Of a stretch of DNA of 64,000 bases, positions 1 through 9,766 are shown piece by piece. Numbering within the stretch: the stretch's first letter is position 1; every line of letters starts with the position of its first letter. The notes under the pieces were generated by a model. The model saw only the letters and a program-made list of their open reading frames with translations, was not told the DNA's origin and did no database searches. The translations under genes and the position numbers were made by a program. Origin of the DNA: an uncultured Oscillospiraceae bacterium (GTDB lineage Bacteria; Bacillota; Clostridia; Oscillospirales; Ruminococcaceae); the NCBI GenBank assembly GCA_902490585.1, contig CABUEI010000004.1:2361-66360 (forward strand), written 5' to 3'.

Positions 1-260
1 GCGCCTTGTCCTGCATTACCGGTAATGTCATTACCTGCGGAAATCTTATAATGGATACTGTTTCCTACACAAGTGTTACCGATGAAGAGGTGTCTGTATC
101 ATTCAGCAGAACGGTTAGTACCTTAGCGGGAAGAGAAATACAACCTTTTGAAATACCTGTTCACAGAAACGAGGGCGAAAGCGTGTATGAAGTCATGGCT
201 GTTACCGCTTTACGTCTGCTGACAGGTGATAATTTGCTGATCAAAAACGTGTCGGAATGA
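1..260 (+). CDS. 3' end of an ORF that continues upstream of the window (hypothetical; by synteny possibly the C-terminus of a SpoIIIAH-like protein, unverified)
   Basis: The ORF track gives 6..260, but there is no stop in frame at positions 3-5, so the reading frame is open to the window edge. No recognisable motif. Confidence 0.3.
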   Translation, partial: ALSCITGNVITCGNLIMDTVSYTSVTDEEVSVSFSRTVSTLAGREIQPFEIPVHRNEGESVYEVMAVTALRLLTGDNLLIKNVSE

Positions 261-285
261 AGATAATAAAATGTGGCTTATGCAC

Positions 286-314
286 TTGTATTTTTTCTGT
301 GTCTGGTGTATAAT
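286..314 (+). promoter_or_regulatory. sigma-A-like promoter upstream of the asp23-nusB operon
   Basis: TTGTAT (286-291), 17-nt spacer, TATAAT (309-314); a second TATAAT-like hexamer lies at 318-323. Confidence 0.4.
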
Positions 315-415
315 GTATATAATAGCATTATAGTAGTTAAGTGTGCCCTTTGGCACGGATACTGTTATTTACGGATACGCAGGGTTAAATCATCTGCGGG
401 AAAGGCAGTTTATCT

Positions 416-787
416 ATGAATAAAAAAGTTAATAATACAGGCGCAAGTCTGAGAATATCAAACGATGTACTTACTAAAATAGCTGAGGTTGCGGCTACGG
501 AAATAAGTGGTGTTGCTTCTGATGGTGAACATCTTGTTGTAAGCGATAAGAATATCGCACAGTTAACCGGAAAAATCATGCCGCAGTCACCTGTAAGAGC
601 AGTACTTAAAAACGATGCGGTTGAAGTTACCGTAAGCATTGTTGTGTTACAGGGCTTCAAGGCGGATAATGTTGCTCAGTCGGTGCAGGAGAGCGTAAAG
701 TCTGCTATTCAGAATATGGCAGGCATCTCCGTATCAAAGGTTAATGTAAAAATTGCTGATATTATGCTTTCAAAATCAGCTGAATAA
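416..787 (+). CDS. Asp23/Gls24 family alkaline-shock/envelope stress protein (DUF322)
   Basis: 123 aa with the typical Asp23 sequence character; conserved position directly upstream of nusB (B. subtilis yqhY-nusB synteny). Confidence 0.7.
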   Translation: MNKKVNNTGASLRISNDVLTKIAEVAATEISGVASDGEHLVVSDKNIAQLTGKIMPQSPVRAVLKNDAVEVTVSIVVLQGFKADNVAQSVQESVKSAIQNMAGISVSKVNVKIADIMLSKSAE

Positions 788-805
788 ATAAAGGAAATAA
801 ATTAA

Positions 806-1237
806 ATGGCAGAAAGAAAACTTACAAGACATGAAATGAGAGAAGCGGCTCTGCTTATGCTCTTTCAGATGAAATTAAATCCGGAAACGCTTGATGAGAT
901 ACTCGAGGACTGTAAGGAGTCCTTTGAAATGGAATACAATTCTCAGTCGGTGAAGCTTGCAACAGCAGTTGCAGAGCATGAAGAAGAGCTGAACAGCATT
1001 ATTGAGAGCTATTCGCCTTCGAGAAAACTCGACAGAATTTCCTACATAAATCTTGCTATAATGAAGATAGCGATATATGAGATGAAGTATTGCCCGTCAG
1101 TTCCCGACAAGGTAGCTATAAATGAGGCAATTGAATTTGCAAAGGAATATGCGGACAAAACAGATGTACGCTTTGTAAACGGTGTTCTCAATTCATATTA
1201 TAAGGATAATATGTCAAAGGAACAGCCTGATGCTTGA
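806..1237 (+). CDS. nusB: Transcription antitermination factor NusB
   Basis: 143 aa with the NusB fold signature (…LLMLFQ…, …AIMKIAIYEM…); synteny nusB-xseA. Confidence 0.85.
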   Translation: MAERKLTRHEMREAALLMLFQMKLNPETLDEILEDCKESFEMEYNSQSVKLATAVAEHEEELNSIIESYSPSRKLDRISYINLAIMKIAIYEMKYCPSVPDKVAINEAIEFAKEYADKTDVRFVNGVLNSYYKDNMSKEQPDA

Positions 1238-2450
1238 CGTTTTTACCGTTACCGTTTCTCAGGTGACAAGACGGCTTTCAATGATCGTCAAAGGTGACAA
1301 GGCTCTGAACGATCTGTATGTTTCGGGCGAGATATCAAATTTTACTCTGCACAGGGCGTCGGGACATATATATTTCACGCTTAAAGATGAAACATCTTCC
1401 ATAAAGTGCGTTATGTTTGCAGGTAATGCTCAGAAACTTACTTTCATGCCGTACAGCGGACAGAGTGTTATTGTCCACGGAAGTGTGAGTGTATATGAGC
1501 GTGACGGTGCAAACCAGATATATGTAAGCGACATGATTGAGAAAGGTCAGGGAGAGCTTGCACTTGCTTTTGAAAAGGCAAAGCGTGAGCTTGAAGCAGG
1601 GGGATACTTTGATAAAAAGCGTCCGATACCGAAACAGCCGAAAAAAGTCTGTCTTATAACAGCCGAAAAAGGTGCGGCACTACAGGATATGCTGAATATC
1701 ATGGCAAGACGCAGACCGATACTTGAAGTTGTATTGATACCTGTCACCGTGCAGGGTGCATACGCACCGGCAACGCTGATAAGAGGTATTGCGGCGGCTC
1801 AGAGTACCGGAGCGGATCTGATTATTATCGGCAGGGGCGGCGGTTCGGCAGAGGATTTGTCGTGCTTTAATGATATAGACTATGCAAAGGCACTTTATAA
1901 CAGTGAAATTCCGACAATATCGGCGGTTGGTCACGAAACCGATTTTACGATATCGGATTTTGTTGCGGATCTGCGTGCACCTACGCCGTCAGCGGCGGCT
2001 GAAATAGCTACTTCGATTACCTGCGATGATTTATCGGAGCATATAGAGATGACTTATGACAGGCTCAGCGATATATTACATTCGCAGATTGACGGATATG
2101 AACAGCTTATAGACAGCCTGCAAAGACATATTTCTGCTTGCAGTCCGGGTCAGAAACTTGAAAGATCCGACAGGGAACTCGAACTGATAAGCGGTAAAGT
2201 CAAAACAGCAATAGACACAGTGCTGAACAAGAACAGTGCTCTGCTTGACAACTTTACGGATAAGATAGAGGCTTTGAGCCCGATAAACGTATTGAAAAGA
2301 GGATACAGTGCCGTAACCAAAGACGGCGAAATGGTGAACAGCGTCAGCGGTATTGCTGAAAATGATACTGTAGAGGTAATATTTGCAGACGGTACCGCAA
2401 TGGCAGAAATTAAGGAAATCCGTGACAATAATAAGGAGCGTTTTGAATGA
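1230..2450 (+). CDS. xseA: Exodeoxyribonuclease VII large subunit
   Basis: The ORF track starts at 1182; the likely ATG at 1230 overlaps the nusB stop by 8 nt. N-terminal OB-fold and XseA catalytic region (…GRGGGS…DL…FN…). Confidence 0.85.
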   Translation: MLDVFTVTVSQVTRRLSMIVKGDKALNDLYVSGEISNFTLHRASGHIYFTLKDETSSIKCVMFAGNAQKLTFMPYSGQSVIVHGSVSVYERDGANQIYVSDMIEKGQGELALAFEKAKRELEAGGYFDKKRPIPKQPKKVCLITAEKGAALQDMLNIMARRRPILEVVLIPVTVQGAYAPATLIRGIAAAQSTGADLIIIGRGGGSAEDLSCFNDIDYAKALYNSEIPTISAVGHETDFTISDFVADLRAPTPSAAAEIATSITCDDLSEHIEMTYDRLSDILHSQIDGYEQLIDSLQRHISACSPGQKLERSDRELELISGKVKTAIDTVLNKNSALLDNFTDKIEALSPINVLKRGYSAVTKDGEMVNSVSGIAENDTVEVIFADGTAMAEIKEIRDNNKERFE

Positions 2451-2623
2451 GTTTTGAAACAGCTATGAAAAGACTTGATGAAATATCGGTACAGATGGAA
2501 AAGCCCGATATCACACTTGATAATTCAATGAAGTGCTATAAAGAGGCGGTTGAGCTTATTGCTTTCTGCCGTAAGTATATTGATGATGCAAAGCTGACAG
2601 TTCAGAAACTGGAAGAGGCGTAA
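2447..2623 (+). CDS. xseB: Exodeoxyribonuclease VII small subunit
   Basis: 58-aa ORF (MSFETAMKRLDEISVQMEKPDITLDNSMKCYKEAVELIAF…) missing from the ORF track because it is under 60 aa. ATGA overlap with the xseA stop; canonical xseA-xseB-ispA order. Confidence 0.8.
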   Translation: MSFETAMKRLDEISVQMEKPDITLDNSMKCYKEAVELIAFCRKYIDDAKLTVQKLEEA

Positions 2624-2624
2624 A

Positions 2625-3533
2625 ATGGATATGAATGTAATCGGCACTGTGAAAACAGCTGAAGAGTTTGACGCAATGTTCGGCGAATACCATGCGTATT
2701 TTGAACAGGAACTGAAAGCAGTATGTGATTCTTTCTGTGATAAGGGTGAAAAATATAAGGCTCTTTATGATGCGGCAACATACAGCCTTGAGGCAGGCGG
2801 TAAGAGAATACGCCCTGTGCTCGCTTTTGAGATGTGCAGAGTGTGCGGCGGTGATATAAGAAACGCACTTCCTGCGGCGATTGCTATTGAGATGATTCAC
2901 ACATTCTCGCTTATACATGACGATCTACCGTGTATGGATAACGATGATATGCGAAGAGGCAGACCGAGTTGCCATAAGGCACACGGCGAGGCGGTAGCAC
3001 TTCTTGCAGGCGACGCACTGACCGCTTATGCAGGAAAGTATATTTGTGACAGCAATTTACCGGCAGAGAAAAAGTCGGCGATGATAAAAGAACTGTACGA
3101 CAGAACGCTCGGCATGATTGAGGGGCAGACGATCGATATCGACGGTAACTTTGATACTCTTGACGGGCTTCTTTCAATGTATCGCATGAAAACATCAGAA
3201 CTTCTGACAGCGGCGTGTGTTATGGGGTGTATAGCGGCAGGTGCGGACAACGAAAAGATATCGGCGGCAAGAGCCTATGCTCATGATGTAGGACTTGCTT
3301 TTCAGATCGTTGACGATATTCTTGACGTTACTTCCACAGCGGAGGAACTCGGAAAGCCGATAGGCAGTGACGAAGAGCAGAACAAGACGACAAGTGTTAC
3401 TCTTCTGGGGCTTGATAAAGCAAGAGAGCTTGCGAAAGAATATACCGAAGGTGCTGAAAAGGCGCTCTCGGCGTTTGAAAATACGGAGTTTTTGTACAGA
3501 CTTACCGATTTGCTTTTGAACAGGAAAAAATGA
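2625..3533 (+). CDS. ispA: Farnesyl/geranyl diphosphate synthase (polyprenyl synthetase)
   Basis: Both Asp-rich motifs are present (LIHDDLPCMDNDDMRRG and IVDDILD). Confidence 0.9.
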   Translation: MDMNVIGTVKTAEEFDAMFGEYHAYFEQELKAVCDSFCDKGEKYKALYDAATYSLEAGGKRIRPVLAFEMCRVCGGDIRNALPAAIAIEMIHTFSLIHDDLPCMDNDDMRRGRPSCHKAHGEAVALLAGDALTAYAGKYICDSNLPAEKKSAMIKELYDRTLGMIEGQTIDIDGNFDTLDGLLSMYRMKTSELLTAACVMGCIAAGADNEKISAARAYAHDVGLAFQIVDDILDVTSTAEELGKPIGSDEEQNKTTSVTLLGLDKARELAKEYTEGAEKALSAFENTEFLYRLTDLLLNRKK

Positions 3534-3570
3534 CAGGGATTATATAATATCCCGGAGGTAATCAATATTA

Positions 3571-4074
3571 ATGAGAACTGACCAGATAAATGTTATCCTG
3601 CTGATTGCGCTTATCAGCTGGGGTACGGCGCAGATAATAAAGACGCTGATACATTTCATAAAGACAAAGAGCTTCAAGGCTGAACGTCTTACGGGAGCAG
3701 GCGGTATGCCGTCCGCTCACTCGGCTACTGTATGTTCCACAGCTATTACGACTTGCAGAGTGTGCGGAATATGCTCGCCGGAATTTGCTCTGGCGATGAT
3801 ACTTGCAATGGTTGTAATGTATGACGCTATGGGTGTCAGACGTTCCGCAGGTCTTCAGGCTAAGGAAATCAACCGTCTTAGACGTGTCGTAAACGAACTT
3901 GACGAGGAATTTATGGACAAGTTTGACGATAAGGTTGATGAGATAGAAGAAAAAAAGCCAGAAGAGATACATGAACTCAAAGAATTTCTCGGTCATACTC
4001 CGCTTGAGGTACTTTGCGGAGCATTGCTCGGAATACTTATAGCTATGGCTGTACCGATACAGGTAGTCGGCTGA
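3571..4074 (+). CDS. Divergent PAP2 / DUF212 family membrane protein (YuiD-like)
   Basis: 167 aa, hydrophobic, with the GGMPSAHSA motif characteristic of DUF212. Confidence 0.6.
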   Translation: MRTDQINVILLIALISWGTAQIIKTLIHFIKTKSFKAERLTGAGGMPSAHSATVCSTAITTCRVCGICSPEFALAMILAMVVMYDAMGVRRSAGLQAKEINRLRRVVNELDEEFMDKFDDKVDEIEEKKPEEIHELKEFLGHTPLEVLCGALLGILIAMAVPIQVVG

Positions 4075-4098
4075 TAAAATAATATCGGGAGATACAAT

Positions 4099-5904
4099 TT
4101 GATACTGAAAAACGATATGTCCGCCGAGTATTTGAAATCTCTTACTCCCGAACAACGAAAAAAACTTTGTTCGGAGATAAGACAGTTACTTGTAAAAACA
4201 GTAACAGTAAACGGCGGTCATCTTGCATCAAATCTCGGAACTGTCGAGCTTACGGTGGCTATGCACACTGTCTTTGACTCTCCGGAAGATAAATTTGTGT
4301 TTGATGTGGGACATCAGTCCTATACACATAAGATAATAACAGGCAGAGCGGGAAGAATGAATACCCTGCGCTGTGAGGGCGGAATTTCCGGCTTTCCGAA
4401 AGCCGAAGAATCCGAGCATGATGCTTTTATAGGCGGTCACAGCAGTATTTCTATTTCTGCGGCACTCGGTATTGCTAAAGGTATGCAGTTAAACGGTGAC
4501 GACCACAGCGTTGTTGCTGTTATCGGTGACGGTGCTTTAACCGGCGGTGAGGCTTATGAAGGCCTTAACAATGCAGGAAAGAGCGATTGCAATCTCATAG
4601 TCGTACTGAATGAAAATGAGATGTCGATCTCAAAAAATACAGGTGCGCTTGCTTTGTATCTGGCTCAGATAAGATCCACGAGAAAGTATTACAGCACAAA
4701 GACTTCTGTAAAAAACGTTCTTGAAAAAACGCCCATAATTGGAAAAGGGCTCGGCAAAGCGGCTAAAGGCACAAAGCAGCTGCTGAAATATGCAATATAC
4801 CATTCAAATCTATTTGAAGATTTAGGTTTTAAATATCTGGGTCCTATCGACGGACATAATCTTGATGAACTTACAGAGGCACTTATGGTTGCAAAAATGA
4901 TGCAAAGACCGTGCCTTGTTCACATTTACACCAAAAAAGGCAAGGGATATGCTCCTGCCGAGGACAATTCAGGAGAATATCACGGATTGCCGCCTAAAAA
5001 TCATGAAGAACATAACTGCAATCAGGGTGAGTGCTTTACCGATACTTTCGGAAAGACTTTGCTTTCACTCGCACAAAATGATGATAATATATGTGCCGTT
5101 ACTGCGGCTATGAAATACGGAACGGGATTACAGCATTTTTATAAAGCATATCCCGAACGCTTTTTCGATGTCGGAATTGCGGAACAACACGCCGTAACTT
5201 TCAGTGCAGGACTTGCAAGCCAGGGAAAATTACCCGTGTTTGCAGTGTATTCATCGTTCTTACAGCGTTCATACGACCAGCTTATACATGACTGTGCCAT
5301 AGAAAACCGTCATGTTGTACTCGGCGTAGACAGAGCCGGATTTGTCGGTGAGGACGGAGAAACCCACCACGGACTGTTTGATGTTGCTATGCTTACAACC
5401 GTACCCGGTGTTACCGTATATTCACCATCGGATACATCTGAGCTTTCGCTGTGTCTTGAAAAGGCTCTGTATCAAGACAGCGGTGTGGTTGCGGTAAGAT
5501 ACCCAAGAGGATGCGAGCTTTACCGCTCGGGTACAGAAGAGTACAGCGATTACAGATATATTTCAAACGGGAATAAAAAGCTTGTTTTCACTTACGGCAG
5601 AATATCAGCTTACGCATACAGCCTTTCGGATAAGGTCGATGTTTTGCAGGCGATAAAGGTTTTCCCTATATCAGATGAGATTATCAATATCTGTCTTGGA
5701 TATGATGAAATTTACGCTTTTGAAGAGGGCGAAAGAGAGGGCGGTATAGCCCAGAAACTGTGTACCGCTTTAGCTCTTGCAGGATTTAAAGGCAAGTTCA
5801 ATACAACGGCAGTTGACGGATTTATACGTCATGCAAGCGTTGCAACACAACTTCACAACGCAAAGCTTGACGCTGACGGAATGAGAGAAATTACAGGAGG
5901 ATAA
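4099..5904 (+). CDS. dxs: 1-deoxy-D-xylulose-5-phosphate synthase
   Basis: TPP-binding GDG…N motif (IGDGALTGGEAYEGLNNAG) and a transketolase-like C-terminal half. A TTG at 4099 with GGGAG 8 nt upstream is preferred; ATG 4117 is the alternative. Confidence 0.9.
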   Translation: MILKNDMSAEYLKSLTPEQRKKLCSEIRQLLVKTVTVNGGHLASNLGTVELTVAMHTVFDSPEDKFVFDVGHQSYTHKIITGRAGRMNTLRCEGGISGFPKAEESEHDAFIGGHSSISISAALGIAKGMQLNGDDHSVVAVIGDGALTGGEAYEGLNNAGKSDCNLIVVLNENEMSISKNTGALALYLAQIRSTRKYYSTKTSVKNVLEKTPIIGKGLGKAAKGTKQLLKYAIYHSNLFEDLGFKYLGPIDGHNLDELTEALMVAKMMQRPCLVHIYTKKGKGYAPAEDNSGEYHGLPPKNHEEHNCNQGECFTDTFGKTLLSLAQNDDNICAVTAAMKYGTGLQHFYKAYPERFFDVGIAEQHAVTFSAGLASQGKLPVFAVYSSFLQRSYDQLIHDCAIENRHVVLGVDRAGFVGEDGETHHGLFDVAMLTTVPGVTVYSPSDTSELSLCLEKALYQDSGVVAVRYPRGCELYRSGTEEYSDYRYISNGNKKLVFTYGRISAYAYSLSDKVDVLQAIKVFPISDEIINICLGYDEIYAFEEGEREGGIAQKLCTALALAGFKGKFNTTAVDGFIRHASVATQLHNAKLDADGMREITGG

Positions 5905-5905
5905 T

Positions 5906-6664
5906 ATGCAGAAAAGACTGGATGTTTATCTTTCCGAGAATAATACAGTAAAAAGCCGCAGTCTTGCCGCTTCTCTTATAAAGCAGGGCAGTGTCGAGGT
6001 TAACGGCAGAATATGCACAAAACCGTCTTATACGGTCAGTGATGACGATACAGTGAAAATTATCGGTGATATGCCGAAATATGTCGGAAGAGGCGGACTG
6101 AAACTTGAAAAGGCACTGGCACACTACAGACTTCACCTTGACGGTGCAGTGTGTATTGATATAGGCGCTTCTACAGGCGGATTTACCGACTGTATGCTCC
6201 AGAACGGTGCTGTAAAAGTCTACTCGGTAGATGTAGGTACGGATCAGCTCGACGATAAACTGAGAAATGACGCAAGAGTTATTTCTATGGAAAAGACGGA
6301 TATAAGAACTTGCGTCGGCAATTTACCTCAGGTCGATTTCATCAGCATAGACGTTTCGTTCATATCGCTGAAACTTGTTCTGCCGTCAGCCTATTCCTTA
6401 CTGAAAGACGGCGGAGAGTGTGTGGCACTTATCAAGCCGCAGTTTGAGGCAGGAAAAGCACACCTCAGCAAGAACGGAATAGTCCGTGATACAAAAATAC
6501 ATAAAAAAGTATGTGATGATATAGCTGAATTTGCGTCAACCATAGGTTTTGAGCGTGGGGAGGTAATTACTTCTCCCATAACAGGCGGCGACGGAAATAC
6601 AGAATATCTTATTTATCTGAAACGACCGAAAACAGTTACAACAAAGGCAGGTGATGAGCTCTGA
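5906..6664 (+). CDS. tlyA: TlyA family rRNA (cytidine-2'-O)-methyltransferase / hemolysin A
   Basis: N-terminal S4 domain (MQKRLDVYLSENNTVKSRS…) plus an FtsJ-like methyltransferase domain; GGAGG ribosome-binding site. Confidence 0.85.
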   Translation: MQKRLDVYLSENNTVKSRSLAASLIKQGSVEVNGRICTKPSYTVSDDDTVKIIGDMPKYVGRGGLKLEKALAHYRLHLDGAVCIDIGASTGGFTDCMLQNGAVKVYSVDVGTDQLDDKLRNDARVISMEKTDIRTCVGNLPQVDFISIDVSFISLKLVLPSAYSLLKDGGECVALIKPQFEAGKAHLSKNGIVRDTKIHKKVCDDIAEFASTIGFERGEVITSPITGGDGNTEYLIYLKRPKTVTTKAGDEL

Positions 6665-6669
6665 AAGTA

Positions 6670-7506
6670 ATGATATGTGCAAACCTCGAAAAAGAGCGGA
6701 GCAGAAAGGCGGCAATCGACGCTTGTGCAAAACTTACGGGAATAGGCTTTCTCCCTATGATAGAAAAGCAATACGAAAATGCTATCAAGGTGGATAACGC
6801 CGTATACGGTGAAACGGACAAGCTCATTTCCGACTGTGATATGTTTATGACGATCGGCGGTGACGGAACTATTCTTAAATGGGGGCAGAAAGCCGCCGCC
6901 TGCAATAAACTTTTGCTTGGTATAAATACAGGCAGGCTGGGTTTTATGACCTCTATCGAGAGTTATGAACTTGATACGCTTGAAAGGCTTAAAACGGGTG
7001 ATTACACTGTAAGCAGAAGAATGTTGCTTGATATCGAATATGAAGGAAAAGGCAACTTCAGTGCAATAAACGATGTAGTTTTCAATAAGTGCCGTTATTC
7101 AAAACTTCCCGAATTTATCGTATCGGTAGAGGAATATGAAGTAACAAAAATCAGAGCGGACGGTATAATTTTCAGCACCCCGGCAGGCTCAACAGCCTAT
7201 TCACTGTCGGCAGGCGGACCTATTATATCGCCTGACGCTCAGTGTATTGAATTTACGCCGCTGTGTGCTCATTCGCTTTTCGGCAGACCTATGATATTCT
7301 CATCCGATTCCGAGATAACAGTACGTTTTTCAGCTTATGAAAACAGCAGAGTTTCACTCAGTATTGATGGAAACGACGATATGGACTTCAACGAGGGTGA
7401 AACGATAAAAATAAGACGCTCAAAACAGGAGCTTTCTCTTATTGATATAAACGGAAGCAGTTTCTATAAGGCTGTGCACAACAAACTTATGCGACCACTC
7501 AAATAA
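6670..7506 (+). CDS. nadK: NAD(+) kinase
   Basis: GGDGT motif (FMTIGGDGTIL) and an NAD-kinase C-terminal beta-sandwich; typical Clostridial dxs-tlyA-nadK-argR-recN order. Confidence 0.85.
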   Translation: MICANLEKERSRKAAIDACAKLTGIGFLPMIEKQYENAIKVDNAVYGETDKLISDCDMFMTIGGDGTILKWGQKAAACNKLLLGINTGRLGFMTSIESYELDTLERLKTGDYTVSRRMLLDIEYEGKGNFSAINDVVFNKCRYSKLPEFIVSVEEYEVTKIRADGIIFSTPAGSTAYSLSAGGPIISPDAQCIEFTPLCAHSLFGRPMIFSSDSEITVRFSAYENSRVSLSIDGNDDMDFNEGETIKIRRSKQELSLIDINGSSFYKAVHNKLMRPLK

Positions 7507-7528
7507 ATTCTGACTAAGGGGTGATATT

Positions 7529-7966
7529 GTGAAAAAGAAAAGACAAGCAGAAATTTTAAGAATCATATCAACAAACGAAGTAGAAACACAGGAAATGTTA
7601 CTTAACCTGTTAAGGCAAAAAGGTTATGATGTAACACAGGCGACGGTTTCCCGTGACATAAACGAACTGAATATAGAAAAAACGGTTTCGTCAAACGGTG
7701 TCAACTGTTACGCCAAAGCAGAAAAAGTTCATACCGTAAAGTTTCACAATATAATTTCCGAGGCGGTCGTCAGCATAGATTATGCGATGAACATTGTTTC
7801 TATCAAGTGTCACAGCGGTCTTGCAAATGCCGCTTGTGCAGGTCTTGACATGATGAATCTTTCCTATGTTGTCGGAACTATAGCAGGCGATGATACGATA
7901 TTTGTTCTGACAAGAACCGAGGGTGACGCAAGAATGTTAACCCGTCACCTTAAAGAACTGCTTTAA
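7529..7966 (+). CDS. argR: Arginine repressor
   Basis: GTG start with AAGGGG 8 nt upstream; N-terminal winged HTH (…QATVSRDINEL…); C-terminal oligomerisation/arginine-binding domain. Confidence 0.85.
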   Translation: MKKKRQAEILRIISTNEVETQEMLLNLLRQKGYDVTQATVSRDINELNIEKTVSSNGVNCYAKAEKVHTVKFHNIISEAVVSIDYAMNIVSIKCHSGLANAACAGLDMMNLSYVVGTIAGDDTIFVLTRTEGDARMLTRHLKELL

Positions 7967-7984
7967 GATAAGGAGGTCGGCGTT

Positions 7985-9655
7985 TTGCTGAGAGAGTTAT
8001 CTATTGAAAATCTGGCTGTAATTGAAAAGGCGTCGATTGCCTTTGATGATAAGCTGAATGTATTCACCGGTGAAACAGGTGCAGGTAAGAGTATACTTAT
8101 CGGCGGAATAAACGCAATACTGGGTGGCAGAGTAAGCAAGGATATTGTAAGAGCAGGTACTGAAAAGGCTGTTGTTACGGGACTCTTTGATGATTTGCCC
8201 GAAAGTGTCAGAACAAAGCTCACAGAGAACGGTTTTTCGGCTGATGATGAGCTTTTATTACAACGTGATATACATTCCGACGGAAAAAGTACAGCAAGAA
8301 TAAACGGCAGAGCTACCACTGTATCAATACTCCGTGATATAGCGTCAGAGCTTATTGATATACACGGACAGCACGATAACCGTCTGCTTATGGACAGTGA
8401 CAATCAGCGTGAGATACTTGACAATTACGGCAGAAACAGTGAACTTCTGGGAGAATACGGTACGGCATTCAAGGAGTTTTCGGCTTTATCGAGAAAAATC
8501 AAGGAAATAAGCCGCAAGAAAACCGAATCACTTGAAAAGGCAGAGCTTCTGAGAGAACGTCTTGAAGAGCTTGACAGATATAACTTTTCGGCAGATGAGG
8601 AAGAAACAATAAAACAGAAGATTGAAGAACTGCGAAACGCAGAGTATATAAGCGAAAATCTGTATAACGCACAAACGGCAATTTCGGGTGACGATGATAC
8701 AGACGGTGCATATTCGCTTCTTGAACGTTGCCGTGACAGTATTACATCTCTCAGTGATACTATACCTGAACTCGACAAGCTTTCTGAGCGTATATCAGAT
8801 ATGCTGGTTGAGCTTGAGGACATAAGAGAAGAAATAGCACAGAGAATACCTGATGAAGATGAAGATACGGCAGGTATGCTCGGAGTTCTTGAAGAAAGGC
8901 TCAGTGTTATATTAAGGCTTCGCAGAAAGTACGGAACAGAGCTTTCCGAAATACTTGAAAATTCGGAAAAATGGCGTACAGAGCTTTATGAAATAGATAA
9001 CGGTGACGACATCATCGAAGAGCTCACCGAGAAGAAAAAAGAGGCAGGAGAAAAGGTAAAACATCTTGCCGCAGAGCTTACAAAAAGCAGAAAAAAAGCG
9101 GCTGATGATCTTGCTAAACATATTTCTGCCGAACTCGCTTTTCTTGATATGCCTGATATCAGACTTGTGTTTGATATATCGCAGGATAAAGTCACGCTCA
9201 GCGGTATGGATAAGGTAGAGATGCTTATATCCGTAAACAAGGGCGAAGATCTGAAACCGATGAGTAAAATCGCATCGGGCGGTGAATTGTCACGAATTAT
9301 GCTTGCCATAAAGAATGTACTTGCCGATACCGACAAACTGCATACAATGATATTTGATGAAATTGATACGGGTATCAGCGGAAGAGCCGCTACAAAGGTA
9401 GGAATTAAGCTTCATGAAGCGGCTAAGAACAGACAGATACTCTGTGTTACTCATCTTGCACAGATTGCCGCTATGGCTGATACACAGCTCCTTATCAAGA
9501 AAACCAGTGATGATAAGCGTACATACACCGGTATAACAAAGCTTGACTTTGACGGCAGAAAGAGGGAAATCGCAAGAATTATTTCCGGCGATGAAAACGA
9601 TCCGATTTCGCTTGAAAACGCTGAAATGCTGCTTTTGAGAAAAAATGAGGTATAA
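7985..9655 (+). CDS. recN: DNA repair protein RecN
   Basis: TTG start with AGGAGG 8 nt upstream; Walker A GETGAGKS; long coiled coil; C-terminal ABC signature region. Confidence 0.9.
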   Translation: MLRELSIENLAVIEKASIAFDDKLNVFTGETGAGKSILIGGINAILGGRVSKDIVRAGTEKAVVTGLFDDLPESVRTKLTENGFSADDELLLQRDIHSDGKSTARINGRATTVSILRDIASELIDIHGQHDNRLLMDSDNQREILDNYGRNSELLGEYGTAFKEFSALSRKIKEISRKKTESLEKAELLRERLEELDRYNFSADEEETIKQKIEELRNAEYISENLYNAQTAISGDDDTDGAYSLLERCRDSITSLSDTIPELDKLSERISDMLVELEDIREEIAQRIPDEDEDTAGMLGVLEERLSVILRLRRKYGTELSEILENSEKWRTELYEIDNGDDIIEELTEKKKEAGEKVKHLAAELTKSRKKAADDLAKHISAELAFLDMPDIRLVFDISQDKVTLSGMDKVEMLISVNKGEDLKPMSKIASGGELSRIMLAIKNVLADTDKLHTMIFDEIDTGISGRAATKVGIKLHEAAKNRQILCVTHLAQIAAMADTQLLIKKTSDDKRTYTGITKLDFDGRKREIARIISGDENDPISLENAEMLLLRKNEV

Positions 9656-9671
9656 CATATAATGATTATAA

Positions 9672-9700
9672 CAGTCTGAGAAAACTCAGGCTGTTTTTTT
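9672..9700 (+). terminator. Rho-independent terminator after recN
   Basis: 9-bp stem (cagtctgag/ctcaggctg, one G·U pair), AAAA loop, T7 run. Confidence 0.7.
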
Positions 9701-9766
9701 ATGCCTGTATCACAAACCGACACTTTTTTACTCCCGATTGTCCTATAATAAATGAGGGGCATGAAA

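Noticed and set aside
1182-1229. Extended XseA N-terminus from the ORF-track start at 1182
   Set aside because: The extension overlaps the nusB C-terminus by 56 nt. ATG 1230 gives the classic 8-nt stop/start overlap.
3568-4155. 195-aa minus-strand ORF antisense to the DUF212 gene
   Set aside because: It lies entirely inside a plus-strand gene with a conserved motif (GGMPSAHSA) in a conserved operon (ispA-…-dxs). It has no ribosome-binding site and a low-complexity composition.
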